The position numbers and the translations under genes were made by a program. From Felis catus (taxonomy: Eukaryota): a stretch of DNA of 64,000 nt. The notes under the pieces were generated by a model that saw nothing but the letters and a program-made list of their open reading frames with translations, was not told the origin of the DNA and searched no databases. Below are positions 40,288 through 51,770 of the stretch, one piece after another (within the stretch, counting starts at the first letter, position 1; every line of letters begins with the position of its first letter). The stretch is from contig NC_058368.1 in the NCBI RefSeq assembly GCF_018350175.1, forward strand, positions 150,290,001 to 150,354,000, read 5' to 3'.

Positions 40288-41760
40288 GGAAGGTCCAGCT
40301 TTATTGCAGCCCTGGGTAAGGTAGGTGGGAGAGATCTGGTTTATTGCTCAAAGACAGGACAGGCCATTGATACAGTGGATGATATTCCCTTCCCAGATCA
40401 GCACACCTCTTATGTTCACATATGGAGAATTCAGAAAGCCTCTTATACATCAGATTTACTCCTCACACGTTGACTTCACTAATCCAATGAAAAGAAATAT
40501 TAAGTGGATCCTAAAATTTTTATGGAAATGCAAGGAATCCAGAATACATAAAACAATCTTGAAAAAGGAGAACAAAGTTGGAAACTCACACCACCCAACT
40601 TGAAAAGTTACTACAAAGCTACAGTAATCAAGACAGTGTGTGATACTGGCTTAAGGAAAGATTGGTAGGTAAATGGCATAGAATTGAGAGACCAGAAATA
40701 AACCTTTACATTCATGATCAACTGATTTGCCTGAAAAAAGAGCACCAAGATAATTCCATAGAGAAAAAATAGTCTTTTCCAACAAATGGTGCTGGCAAAC
40801 ATGGAAGTTGGACCCTCACCTAACCCCATATTCAAAATTTAGTTCAAAATAGATCAAAGGGTAACTATAAGTACCAAAACAAAACTCTTAGAAGAGAACA
40901 TAGGTATAAATCTTTATCACCTTGGATTAGGCAATGGTTTCTTAGTTATAACACCAAAGACACAAGCAACAAAACAAAAGATAAGTAAACTGGACTTCAT
41001 CAAAATTAAAAGCATGAGTACATCAAAGGACACCATCAAGAAAATGAAAAGACATAGACCAGGAGGAATATTAACAAATAATATATCTTATAAAGGAAGT
41101 GAATTCAGAATATATAAAGAACTCTTACCATTCAGCAATACAAAAAGGATAATCTAACTTAAAAATGGGCAAAAGACTTAAATAGACATTTCTTCACATA
41201 AGATATACATATGGTTAATAACAAGCACGTTTTAACATCATTAGTCATTAGAGAAATGCAAACCAAAACCACAAAGTGATACCACTTTGCACCCATTTGG
41301 GTGGCTATAATAAAACAAACAAATAAACAAGCAAACAAACACAGAGGCTAAGTGTTGGCAAGGCTGTGAAGAAAATTAAACCCTCATATTCATGGTAACA
41401 TGAAATGCTACAACATGGTAACATCAAATGCCACAAATGGACCTTGAAAATTGTGTGCTAAGTGAAAGAAGCCAGACACAAGAGGCCACATATTATATGA
41501 TCTCATTTATATGAAATATCCAGAACAAGAAAATCCATAGAGACAAAAAGTAGATTAGTGGTTGCCTAAGGCTGGGAGGGAGGGGGAGTGAGTGTAGGGT
41601 TTCTTTTTGGGGTGATGAAAATGTTCCAAAATTAGATTGAAGTAATAGTTGCAAAATAATGTGAATGTACTAAAAACTGCTGAATTGTACATTTTAAAAA
41701 GGTGAGTTTACTATCAATTACATCTTCATAAAAGAAAGAATAGTATAAAAGAAAAAAAAA
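40288..41760 (+). mobile_element. Retrotransposed insert: ~205 bp unique sequence + decayed L1MB-like ORF2/3'UTR fragment + A-rich tail
   Basis: It interrupts the old L1 5'UTR at a TT|AAAAA site. Degenerate TSD: AAAAAGAAAGCACAACA (40271-40287) and AGAGAAACAACACAACA (41761-41777). An L1MB-type 3'UTR lies at about 41440-41730. Confidence 0.65.
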
Positions 41761-42575
41761 AGAGAAACAACACAACAAATGACCCGGTGTAAATATAGCA
41801 GAGAAGCAGTAGTTTGAAAAAGGCCTGGGGTTTATGGGAGGCAGATATGTTTACTAATCTCTGAGCATGTGCTGGAGGGACAGAGATTATTGGGAGACTT
41901 CTCTAGGAACAGAGGATTTAGTGGGCACCATTTTATTCCCACACTGCCCAGCATAAACATACAAAACACCTGTAGGAAACAGCATGGCACTGACACTTGC
42001 TACTTAACTTTCCAAACAGCACAGCCTACCCCGTGTGTTCTCCTGCAGAAAGTCCCCTCCAATCTGGCCTCAAATCCAAGTCTCCTCCCAGAGCAGACCT
42101 GTAAAACTTGCTAAAACCACATGCCCCACCACCATGCACACACTTTGGAAGATTCTCACCCTCCAACCCAACTTGCCTTCAGCCCCAGCAGCTGCAGGTC
42201 CCTTCCTACCTGTGAAGGCCTTGCTGGCACTGTGCACCCTGCCCCCATGTTCTCCAGCAGTTTTGTGCCACTGCATCTCTGGCAAATGACGGGGCCTCAA
42301 ACTGGCTCACTAGTCCCATAAGGACCAAACACTGCCCACAACAAGCAAAGAGAGCCATTTCAGACAACTGGACTGAAGGCAAATGCAGCTCCACCACCAC
42401 AGTAGTATGATACAACACACATAGGAGACACCCCTGAAGTGCCAGGTTCTGGTGAACAGGAACATTGTTCTTCAGGGCACTACAGGACCTCTTCTTCATA
42501 AGGCCTTACTTTTAAGAGCAGAAAACACAGCTGACTTTCCTAACACATAAAAACAGACACAGAGAGTTAGACAAA

Positions 42576-43460
42576 ATGAGGAGACAGAGGAATATGTCCT
42601 AAATGAAAGAACAGAACAAAATCACAGCAAGAGACTTAGATAAGACAGAGGTAAGTAATATGCCTAGTAGAAAATTTAAAGTAATGGTCATAAAGCTACT
42701 TACTGTACTTGAGAAAAAAGTGGAGGGCCTTAGTGACACCTTCAACAAAGAGAAAACATAAAAAAGAACTAATCAGAGGTAAAAAACTCAATACATGAAT
42801 TAATTTATTTCCAGTAGATGGAATTAATAGTAGACAAGATGAAATAGAACGCATCAGTGAGCCAGATGACAGAGCAATGGAAAGCAGTCAAGCTCAACAG
42901 GAAGGAGAAAAATAATAATGATAATTAAAATAACTTTAGACAACTCCATGACAGCATCAAGTGTAATAACATTTGGATTATAAGGAATCCCAGAAAGAAA
43001 CGAAAGAGAAAAATAAGAGAAAATTATATGAAGAAATTGTAGCTGAAATTTTTCCAAATCTGAGTAAAGAAAACAAATCCAGATCCAGGAGGCACAGAGA
43101 CCCCCAACAAAAACAACCCAAGAAGGTCCACACCAGGACACATAATAATTAAAATGACAAAACGTCATTTTTGATAAAGAGAGAATTTTAAAAGCAGCAA
43201 TAGAAAAGAAAACAGTTACATACAAAGGAAACCCTATAAGACTATCAGCTGATTATTTAGCAAAAATTTTGCAGGATAGAATGAACTGTCATGATATATT
43301 CCATGTGCTGAAAGAAAAAACGTGCAGCCAAGAAAACTCTCCAGCAAGGCTATCATTCAGAATAGAAGAACAGATAAAGAGCTTCTCAAGAAGGCAAAAG
43401 TTAAAGGAATTCCTCACCACTAAGTCAGTGCTACAAAAATTGTTAAAAGGGATCCTTTGA
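42576..43460 (+). pseudogene. Decayed ORF1 of the old L1
   Basis: ATG at 42576 reads MRRQRNMS*MKEQNKITARDL. Frameshifts follow. The C-terminus DIFHVLKEK...SPARLSFRIEEQIKSF...KLKEFLTTKSVLQKLLKGIL* is typical of L1 ORF1p. Confidence 0.85.
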
Positions 43461-43478
43461 GTAGAAAGGAAAGACCAT

Positions 43479-46400
43479 AACACCCCACTAACAGAAATGG
43501 ACAGATCATCTAGACACACGGTCAATAAAGAAACAAGGGCCCTGAATGAGACCTTGGATCAGATGGACTTGACAGATATATTTAGAACGCTGCATCCCAA
43601 AGCAACAGAATATACTTTCTTCTCGAGTGCACATGGAACATTCTCCAAGATAGATCATATACTGGGTCACAAAACAGCCCTTCATAAGTTTACAAGAATT
43701 GAAATTATACCATGCATACTTTCAGACCACAATGCTATGAAGCTTGAAATCAACCACAGGAAAAAGTCTGGAAAACCTCCAAAGGCATGGAGGTTAAAGA
43801 ACACCCTACTAACGAATGAGTGGGTCAACCAGGCAATTAGAGAAGAAATTAAAAAATATATGGAAACAAACGAAAATGAAAATACAACAATCCAAACGCT
43901 TTGGGACGCAGCGAAGGCAGTCCTGAGAGGAAAATACATTGCAATCCAGGCCTATCTCAAGAAACAAGAAAAATCCCAAATACAAAATCTAACAGCACAC
44001 CTAAAGGAACTAGAAGCAGAACAGCAAAGGCAGCCTAAACCCAGCAGAAGAAGAGAAATAATAAAGATCAGAGCAGAAATAAACAATATAGAATCTCAAA
44101 AAACTGTAGAGCAGATCAACGAAACCAAGAGTTGGTTTTTTGAAAAAATAAACAAAATTGACAAACCTCTAGCCAGGCTTCTCAAAAAGAAAAGGGAAAT
44201 GACCCAAATAGATAAAATCATGAATGAAAATGGAATTATTACAACCAATCCCTCAGAGATACAAACAATTATCAGGGAATACTATGAAAAATTATATGCC
44301 AACAAATTGGACAACCTGGAAGAAATGGACAAATTCCTGAACACCCACACTCTTCCAAAACTCAACCAGGAGGAAATAGAAAGCTTGAACAGACCTATAA
44401 CCAGCGAAGAAATTGAATCGGTTATCAAAAATCTCCCAACAAATAAGAGTCCAGGACCAGATGGCTTCCCAGGGGAGTTCTACCAGACGTTTAAAGCAGA
44501 GATAATACCTATCCTTCTCAAGCTATTCCAAGAAATAGAAAGGGAAGGAAAACTTCCAGACTCATTCTATGAAGCCAGTATTACTTTGATTCCTAAACCA
44601 GACAGAGACCCAGTAAAAAAAGAGAACTACAGGCCAATATCCCTGATGAATATGGATGCAAAAATTCTCAATAAGATACTAGCAAATCGAATTCAACGGC
44701 ATATAAAAAGAATTCTTCACCATGATCAAGTGGGATTCATTCCTGGGATGCAGGGCTGGTTCCACATTCGCAAATCAATCAATGTGATACATCACATTAA
44801 CAAAAAAAAAGAGAAGAACCATATGATCCTGTCAATCGATGCAGAAAAGGCCTTTGACAAAATCCAGCACCCTTTCTTAATAAAAACCCTTGAGAAAGTC
44901 GGGATAGAAGGAACATACTTAAAGATCATAAAAGCCATTTATGAAAAGCCCACAGCTAACATCATCCTCAACGGGGAAAAACTGAGAGCTTTTTCCCTGA
45001 GATCAGGAACACGACAAGGATGCCCACTCTCACCGCTGCTGTTTAACATAGTGCTGGAAGTTCTAGCATCAGCAAGCAGACAACAAAAGGAAATCAAAGG
45101 CATCAAAATTGGCAAAGACGAAGTCAAGCTTTCGCTTTTTGCAGATGACATGATATTATACATGGAAAATCCGACAGACTCCACCAAAAGTCTACTAGAA
45201 CTGATACATGAATTCAGCAAAGTTGCAGGATACAAAATCAATGTACAGAAATCAGTTGCATTCTTATACACTAACAATGAAGCAACAGAAAGACAAATAA
45301 AGAAACTGATCCCATTCACAATTGCACCAAGAAGCATAAAATACCTAGGAATAAATCTAACCAAAGATGTAAAGGATCTGTATGCTGAAAACTATAGAAA
45401 GCTTTTGAAGGAAATTGAAGAAGATTTAAAGAAATGGAAAGACGTTCCCTGCTCATGGATTGGAAGAATAAATATTGTCAAAATGTCAATACTACCCAAA
45501 GCTATCTACACATTCAATGCAATCCCAATCAAAATTGCACCAGCATTCTTCTCGAAACTAGAACAAGCAATCCTAAAATTCATATGGAACCACAAAAGGC
45601 CCAGAATAGCCAAAGGAATTTTGAAGAAGAAGACCAAAGCAGGAGGCATCACAATCCCAGACTTTAGCCTGTACTACAAAGCTGTCATCATCAAGACAGC
45701 ATGGTATTGGCACAGAAACAGACACATAGACCAATGGAATAGAATAGAAACCCCAGAACTAGACCCACAAACGTATGGCCAACTCATCTTTGACAAAGCA
45801 GGAAAGAACATCCAATGGAAAAAAGACAGCCTCTTTAACAAATGGTGCTGGGAGAACTGGACAGCAACATGCAGAAGGTTGAAACTAGACCACTTTCTCA
45901 CACCATTCACAAAAATAAACTCCAAATGGATAAAGGACCTAAATGTGAGACAGGAAACCATCAAAACCTTAGAGGAGAAAGCAGGAAAAGACCTCTCTGA
46001 CCTCAGCCGTAGCAATCTCTTACTCGACACATCCCCAAAGGCAAGGGAATTAAAAGCAAAAGTGAATTACTGGGACCTTATGAAGATAAAAAGCTTCTGC
46101 ACAGCAAAGGAAACAACCAACGAAACTAAAAGGCAACCAACGGAATGGGAAAAGATATTCGCAAATGACATATCGGACAAAGGGCTAGTATCCAAAATCT
46201 ATAAAGAGCTCACCAAACTCCACACCCGAAAAACAAATAACCCAGTGAAGAAATGGGCAGAAAACATGAATAGACACTTCTCTAAAGAAGACATCCGGAT
46301 GGCCAACAGGCACATGAAAAGATGTTCAGCGTCGCTCCTTATCAGGGAAATACAAATCAAAACCACACTCAGGTATCACCTCACGCCAGTCAGAGTGGCC

Positions 46401-47135
46401 AAAATGAACAAATCAGGAGACTCTAGATGCTGGAGAGGATGTGGAGAAACGGGAACCCTCTTGCACTGTTGGTGGGAATGCAAATTGGTGCAGCCGCTCT
46501 GGAAAGCAGTGTGGAGGTTCCTCAGAAAATTAAAAATAGACCTACCCTATGACCCAGCAATAGCACTGCTAGGAATTTATCCAAGGGATACAGGAGTACT
46601 GATGCATAGGGCCACTTGTACCCCAATGTTCATAGCAGCACTCTCAACAATAGCCAAAGTATGGAAAGAGCCTAAATGTCCATCAACTGATGAATGGATA
46701 AAGAAATTGTGGTTTATATACACAATGGAATATTACGTGGCAATGAGAAAAAATGAAATATGGCCTTTTGTAGCAACGTGGATGGAACTGGAGAGTGTGA
46801 TGCTAAGTGAAATAAGCCATACAGAGAAAGACAGATACCATATGGTTTCACTCTTATGTGGACCCTGAGAAATTAACAGGAACCCATGGGGGAGGGGAAG
46901 GAAAAAAAAAAAAAAACAGGTTAGAGTGGGAGAGAGCCAAAGCATAAGAGACTCTTAAAAAACTGAGAACAAACTGAGGGTTGATGGGGGGTGGGAGGGA
47001 GGAGAGGGTGGGTGATGGGTATTGAGGAGGGCACCTTTTGGGATGAGCACTGGGTGTTGTATGGAAACTAATTTGTCAATAAATTTCATATAAAAAAAAA
47101 TTTAAAAAAAAATAATAGCCAAAAAAAAAAAAAAA
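43479..47135 (+). mobile_element. Young 5'-truncated feline LINE-1 (L1_Fc-like), ~3.66 kb
   Basis: Perfect 16-bp TSD AGAAAGGAAAGACCAT at 43463-43478 and 47136-47151. Intact ORF2 frame, G-rich 3'UTR, AATAAA at 47078-47083 and a poly(A) tail. Confidence 0.95.
43497..46868 (+). CDS. LINE-1 ORF2p, N-terminally truncated (partial endonuclease, intact reverse transcriptase and C-terminal Cys-rich domain), 1123 aa
   Basis: The ORF is uninterrupted. It carries the C-terminal EN motifs ([16 protein letters not shown]), the Z region (KSPGPDGF), RT motifs ([35 protein letters not shown] with FADD at 45138-45149, KYLGI) and [18 protein letters not shown]. It starts just after the GDFN motif, so about 150 N-terminal residues are missing. 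Confidence 0.95.
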   Translation: MDRSSRHTVNKETRALNETLDQMDLTDIFRTLHPKATEYTFFSSAHGTFSKIDHILGHKTALHKFTRIEIIPCILSDHNAMKLEINHRKKSGKPPKAWRLKNTLLTNEWVNQAIREEIKKYMETNENENTTIQTLWDAAKAVLRGKYIAIQAYLKKQEKSQIQNLTAHLKELEAEQQRQPKPSRRREIIKIRAEINNIESQKTVEQINETKSWFFEKINKIDKPLARLLKKKREMTQIDKIMNENGIITTNPSEIQTIIREYYEKLYANKLDNLEEMDKFLNTHTLPKLNQEEIESLNRPITSEEIESVIKNLPTNKSPGPDGFPGEFYQTFKAEIIPILLKLFQEIEREGKLPDSFYEASITLIPKPDRDPVKKENYRPISLMNMDAKILNKILANRIQRHIKRILHHDQVGFIPGMQGWFHIRKSINVIHHINKKKEKNHMILSIDAEKAFDKIQHPFLIKTLEKVGIEGTYLKIIKAIYEKPTANIILNGEKLRAFSLRSGTRQGCPLSPLLFNIVLEVLASASRQQKEIKGIKIGKDEVKLSLFADDMILYMENPTDSTKSLLELIHEFSKVAGYKINVQKSVAFLYTNNEATERQIKKLIPFTIAPRSIKYLGINLTKDVKDLYAENYRKLLKEIEEDLKKWKDVPCSWIGRINIVKMSILPKAIYTFNAIPIKIAPAFFSKLEQAILKFIWNHKRPRIAKGILKKKTKAGGITIPDFSLYYKAVIIKTAWYWHRNRHIDQWNRIETPELDPQTYGQLIFDKAGKNIQWKKDSLFNKWCWENWTATCRRLKLDHFLTPFTKINSKWIKDLNVRQETIKTLEEKAGKDLSDLSRSNLLLDTSPKARELKAKVNYWDLMKIKSFCTAKETTNETKRQPTEWEKIFANDISDKGLVSKIYKELTKLHTRKTNNPVKKWAENMNRHFSKEDIRMANRHMKRCSASLLIREIQIKTTLRYHLTPVRVAKMNKSGDSRCWRGCGETGTLLHCWWECKLVQPLWKAVWRFLRKLKIDLPYDPAIALLGIYPRDTGVLMHRATCTPMFIAALSTIAKVWKEPKCPSTDEWIKKLWFIYTMEYYVAMRKNEIWPFVATWMELESVMLSEISHTEKDRYHMVSLLCGP

Positions 47136-47560
47136 AGAAAGGAAAGACCATGAGTAAGAGTAAGAAAAGTAGGAAATACAAAAGCAGTAAAATAAGTATA
47201 TCTATAAAAATCAGTCAAGGGATTCACTAAATAAAAGGTTGTAAAGTATGACACCATAATGTAAAATGTGACGGAGGGGGTAGGGGACAAAAGTAAAGAA
47301 TGGGTTCAAACTTAAGTGACCATCAACTTAATATAGATCACTGTATGTAGAAGATGTTATATACAAACCTAATGGTAACCACAAACCAAAACCAGTAAAA
47401 GATATGCAAAAAAAAGAGAAAGGAATTAAATATGTCACTAAAGGTCAACAAAACATGAGAGAAGAGAGCAAGAGAAAAAAGCAACAGAGAAGAACTATAA
47501 AAACAACCATAAAACAAATTACAAAATGGCAATAAGTACATACCTATCAATAATTACTTT

Positions 47561-47798
47561 GGAGGTGCCTTGGTGGCTCAGTTCGTTAAGCATCCACCTC
47601 TTGATACGAGCTCAGGTCATGATCCCAGGGTCGTGGGAATGAGCCCCGCATCAGGCTCTATGGTAACAGCATGAAGCCTGGTTGGGATTCTCTCTCTCCT
47701 TGTCTCTCTCCCTCTCTCTCTCTCTCTCTGTCCCTCCCCCACTTGTGCTCACTTGCTTGTACTCTCACTCAAAATAAATAAACAAACTTAAAAAAAAA
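47561..47798 (+). mobile_element. CAN-SINE (older subfamily) at the start of the old ORF2
   Basis: SINEC head, CT region and A tail. No clear TSD. Confidence 0.9.
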
Positions 47799-49809
47799 GA
47801 GTGTAACCAAAGATAAGGTGACTAAATGGATAAAAAAAGCAAGACCCATCTATATGCTGCCTACAAGAGACTCCTTTCAACCCTAAGGACACAAGCATAA
47901 TTATAAGTGGAAATAAAGTCAGGGTAACAATACTTATACCAGAAAAAATAGAAGACTTAAAACAAAGACTGTAACAAGAGACAAAGAAGAACACTACATA
48001 ATATACAAGGAACAATCCAACAAGAAGATATAGCAATTGTAAATACTTGTACACCCAACATGAAAGCACCCAAATATATAACACAGCTAATAAAAAAGAT
48101 AAAAAAGAACTAACTGTAGTGGACTTTAACACCCCATTTATATCAGTGAATAGATCATCCAGACAGAAAATTAAGGAAACAGTAGCATTGAATGACACAT
48201 TGGACCAGATGGATCTAACAGGTATATTCAGAACATGCCATCCTAAAACAGAATACACATTCTTTTCAAGTGCACATGGAACATTCTCCAGAATAGACCA
48301 TGTATTAGGCCACAAAACAAGCCTCAACAAATTTAAAAAGATTGAAGTCATTTCATGCATCTTTTCCAACCACAACACTTTGAAACTTAAAGTCAACCAC
48401 AAGAAAAAATCTGGAAAGAGCAAAAATACATGGAAGTTATATAATATGCTACTAACCAATAAATGGGTCAGCCAGGAAATCAAAGAAGAAATCAAAATAT
48501 ACACAGAAACAAATGAAAATGAAAACACAATAGTCCAAAATCTTTGGTATGCAGCAAAAGCCTTAAAGAGGGAAGTTTATAGAAAGAAGAATATGATAAA
48601 GATTAGAGCAAAAATAAATGGAATAGAAACTAAAAAACCAACCAAACAAACAAACAAAAACAATAGAACACATCAATGAAACCAGGAGCTGGGTCTTTGA
48701 AAAGTTCAACAAAATTGATAAACCTTTAGCCAGACTGATCAAAAAAAGAGAAAGAGAGGGAACTCAAATAATCAAATCAGAAATGAAGAGAAATAACAAA
48801 CACCACAGAAATACAAAGGATTGTAAGAGAATATTATGAAAAGTTATATGTCAACAAATTGGACAACCTAAAAGAAATGGATAAATTTCTAGAAACATCT
48901 AACCTCCCAAAACTGGATCAGGATGAAACAGAAAATTTGAATAGACCATTACCAGCAATGAAATTGAGTGAGTAATCAATAAAACTCCCAACAAACAAAA
49001 GTCCAGTTCCAGATGGCTTCACAGATGAATGCTACCAAAAATTTAAAGAAGACTTAATAACTATTCTTCTTAAACTATTCCAAAAAATGGAAGAGAAAGG
49101 AGAACTTCCGAATTCATTCTATGAGGCCACCATTACTGTGACACCAAAACCAGATAAAGACACTACAAAATAGGAGAACTAAAGGCCAATATCTCTGATG
49201 AATATAGATGCAAAAATACTCAACAAAATATTAGCAAACCAAACACAATAATACATTTAAAAAATCATTCACCACGATCAAGTGGGATTCATTCCCGGGA
49301 TGCAAAGGTGGTTCAATACTCACCAATCAAGAAATGTGATATATCACATCAACAAGAGAATGGATAAAAACCATGTGATCATTGCAACAGAGGCAAACAA
49401 AGCACTTGACAAAGTATAACACCCATTCGTGATAAAAACCCTCAAGAAAGTAGGGTGAGAGGAAACATAACTCAATATAATAAAGCCCATAAATGAAAAA
49501 TCCACAGCTAATATCATACTCAATGGGAAAAACTGAGTGTTTTTCCCCTAACGTCAGGAACAACACAAGGATGTCCATTCTGACCACTTCCATTCAACAC
49601 AGTATTGAAAATCCTAGCCACAGCAACCAGAAAGAAAAAGGAATAAAAGGGCATCCAAATTGGTAAGGAAAGACTCCACTAAAAATCTACTAGCACTTAT
49701 AAATGAATTCAATAAAGTTGCAGGATACAAAATCAATATATAGAAATCCATTGCATTTCTATACACTAATAGTGAGGTAGCAGAAAAAGAAATTAAGAAA
49801 ACAATCCCA

Positions 49810-50221
49810 GAGGTGCCAGGGTGGCTCAGTCGGTTAAGCGTCCAATTCTTTAACGTTTCTTTATTTTTGAGAGAGAGTGTGAGTGGGATAGGGACAGAGA
49901 GAGAGGGAGACACATAATCTGAAGCAGGCTCCAAACTCTGAGCTGTCAGCATAGAGCCCAATGCAGGGCTCTAACTCACAAACTGTGAGATTATGACCTG
50001 AGCCAAAGTCAGATGCTTAACTGACTGAGCCACCCAGGTGTCCCTAAGTGTCCAACTCTTGATCTAAGCTCAGGTCATGATCTCACAGTTCATGAGATGT
50101 GTCCCTTCTTCTGGCTCTGCACTGACAGTGTGGAGCGTGCTTAGGATTCTCTCTCTCTGCCACTCCCCTGTTTGCATGCTCTCTCTCTCTCTCTCAAAAT
50201 AAATAAATGAACTTAAAAAAT
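49810..50221 (+). mobile_element. Outer CAN-SINE, split by an inner SINE
   Basis: TSD AAAACA(A/G)TCCCA at 49798-49809 and 50222-50233. The head at 49810-49850 resumes after 50060. Confidence 0.9.
49851..50044 (-). mobile_element. Inner CAN-SINE, antisense within a SINE head
   Basis: TSD TAAG(C/T)GTCCAA(T/C)TCTT at 49835-49850 and 50045-50060. Confidence 0.92.
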
Positions 50222-51397
50222 AAAACAGTCCCACTTACAACTGTACAAAAATTAAGAAAAAAAGAACTTAACCAAGGAGGTAAAACACCTGTATTCTGAA
50301 AACTATAAAACATTGATGAAAGTAATTAAAGACAACACCAAAAAAAAAAAAAAATGGAAAGGTATTCCATGCTCATGGACTGAAAGAACAAATATTGTTA
50401 AAATGTCCATACTACCCAAAGCAACCTACAGATTTAATACAATCCCTATCAAAATACCAACAGCATTTTTCACAGTACTAAAATAATCCTAAAATGTATA
50501 TGAAACCATAAAAAGACCCCCAGTAGCCAAAGCAATCTTGAAAAAGAACAAACTGGAGGTACCACAATCCCAGATTTCAAGATATACTACAAAGCTGTAG
50601 TAATCAAAACAGTATGGTACTGGCACAAAGATAAACACATCGATCAATGGAACAGAATAGAACACCCAGAAATAAACTCACAATCATATGGTTAATTAAT
50701 CTTTGACAAAGGAAGCAAGCATATGCAACAGGAAAAAGACAATCTCTTCAACAAATGGTGTTGAAAAACTGGACATCTACATGCAAAAGAATGCAACTGG
50801 ACAATTTACTTATACCCTAAGACATGCAGATGGTCAACAGACATGAAAACATGCTAAACTTCACTCATCATCAGGAAAAAGTAAACCAAAACCACAATGA
50901 GATAGCACCTCACATCTGTCAGAATGGCTGAAGTCAACAACACAAGAAACAACAAGTGAAAAGGAACCCTTCTGCACTGTTGGTGGGAATGCAAATTGGT
51001 GCAGCCACTGTGGAAGACAGCATGAAGGCTCCTCAAAAAATTAAAAATGGAACTAACATATGATTCAGTAATTCTACTACTGGGTATTCATCTAAAGAAT
51101 ACAAAAACACTAATTCAAAAAGATATATGCCCCTCTGTGTTTATAGCAGCATTATTTACATTAGCCAAAATATGGAAGCAGCCCAAGAATCCATGAGTAG
51201 ATGAATGGATTAAGATGTGGTACATACATATACAAATGAATATTATTCAGTCATAATGAAATCTTGCCATTTGCAACAACATGGACGGAACTAGATAGTA
51301 TAATGTTAAGCAAAAAAGTCAGAGACAGATAAATACCATATGATTTCACTCATATGTGGAATTTAAGAAACGAAGCAGAATATCAAAAAAATAAAAT

Positions 51398-51430
<33 letters not shown>

Positions 51431-51547
51431 AAAACAGACTCTTAACTATAGAGAACATACAGATGGTTTGCCAGAGGGGAGATGGGAGGGGAGATGGGAG
51501 GGGAGATGGGTGAAATAGGTGAAGGGGATTAAGAGTACAGTTATGTG

Positions 51548-51756
51548 GAGGCACCTGGATGGCTCAGTCAGTTAAGCGTCTGATTTGGGCTCAGGTCATG
51601 ATCTCACTGGGTTTGTGAGTTCGAGCCCCGCGTCAGGCTCTATGCTAACAGCTCAGAGCCTGGAGCCTCCTTCAGATTCTGTGTCTCCTCCTCTCTCTGC
51701 TCCTCCCATGCTCATGCTCTGTCTCTCTCTGTCTCTCAATAATAAATAAATGTTAA
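51548..51756 (+). mobile_element. CAN-SINE in the old L1 3'UTR
   Basis: Preceded by AAGAGTACAGTTATGT (51531-51546) and followed by AAGAGCACAGTTAC. Confidence 0.93.
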
Positions 51757-51770
51757 AAGAGCACAGTTAC

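Larger units (their letters stand above)
47526..51365 (+). pseudogene. Decayed ORF2 of the old L1
   Basis: ATG at 47526 reads MAISTYLSIITL. The EN segment in ORF 48047-48679 (VDFNTP...FSRIDHVLG) aligns with the young ORF2. There are many stops, SINE insertions and internal deletions near 48580, 49670 (removes FADD) and 50817. Confidence 0.9.

Noticed and set aside
39663..47135. Single active full-length L1
   Set aside because: The 16-bp TSD shows the intact ORF2 is a separate insertion. ORF1 is disrupted and the EN domain is truncated, so it is not autonomous.
43682..48528. Minus-strand ORFs of 85-246 aa over the L1s
   Set aside because: They are antisense shadows of A-rich L1 ORF2 with no independent protein features.
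48570..50830. Internal deletions of the old ORF2 as splicing events
   Set aside because: The junctions do not clearly match GT-AG, and the 49670 gap is shorter than a normal intron.
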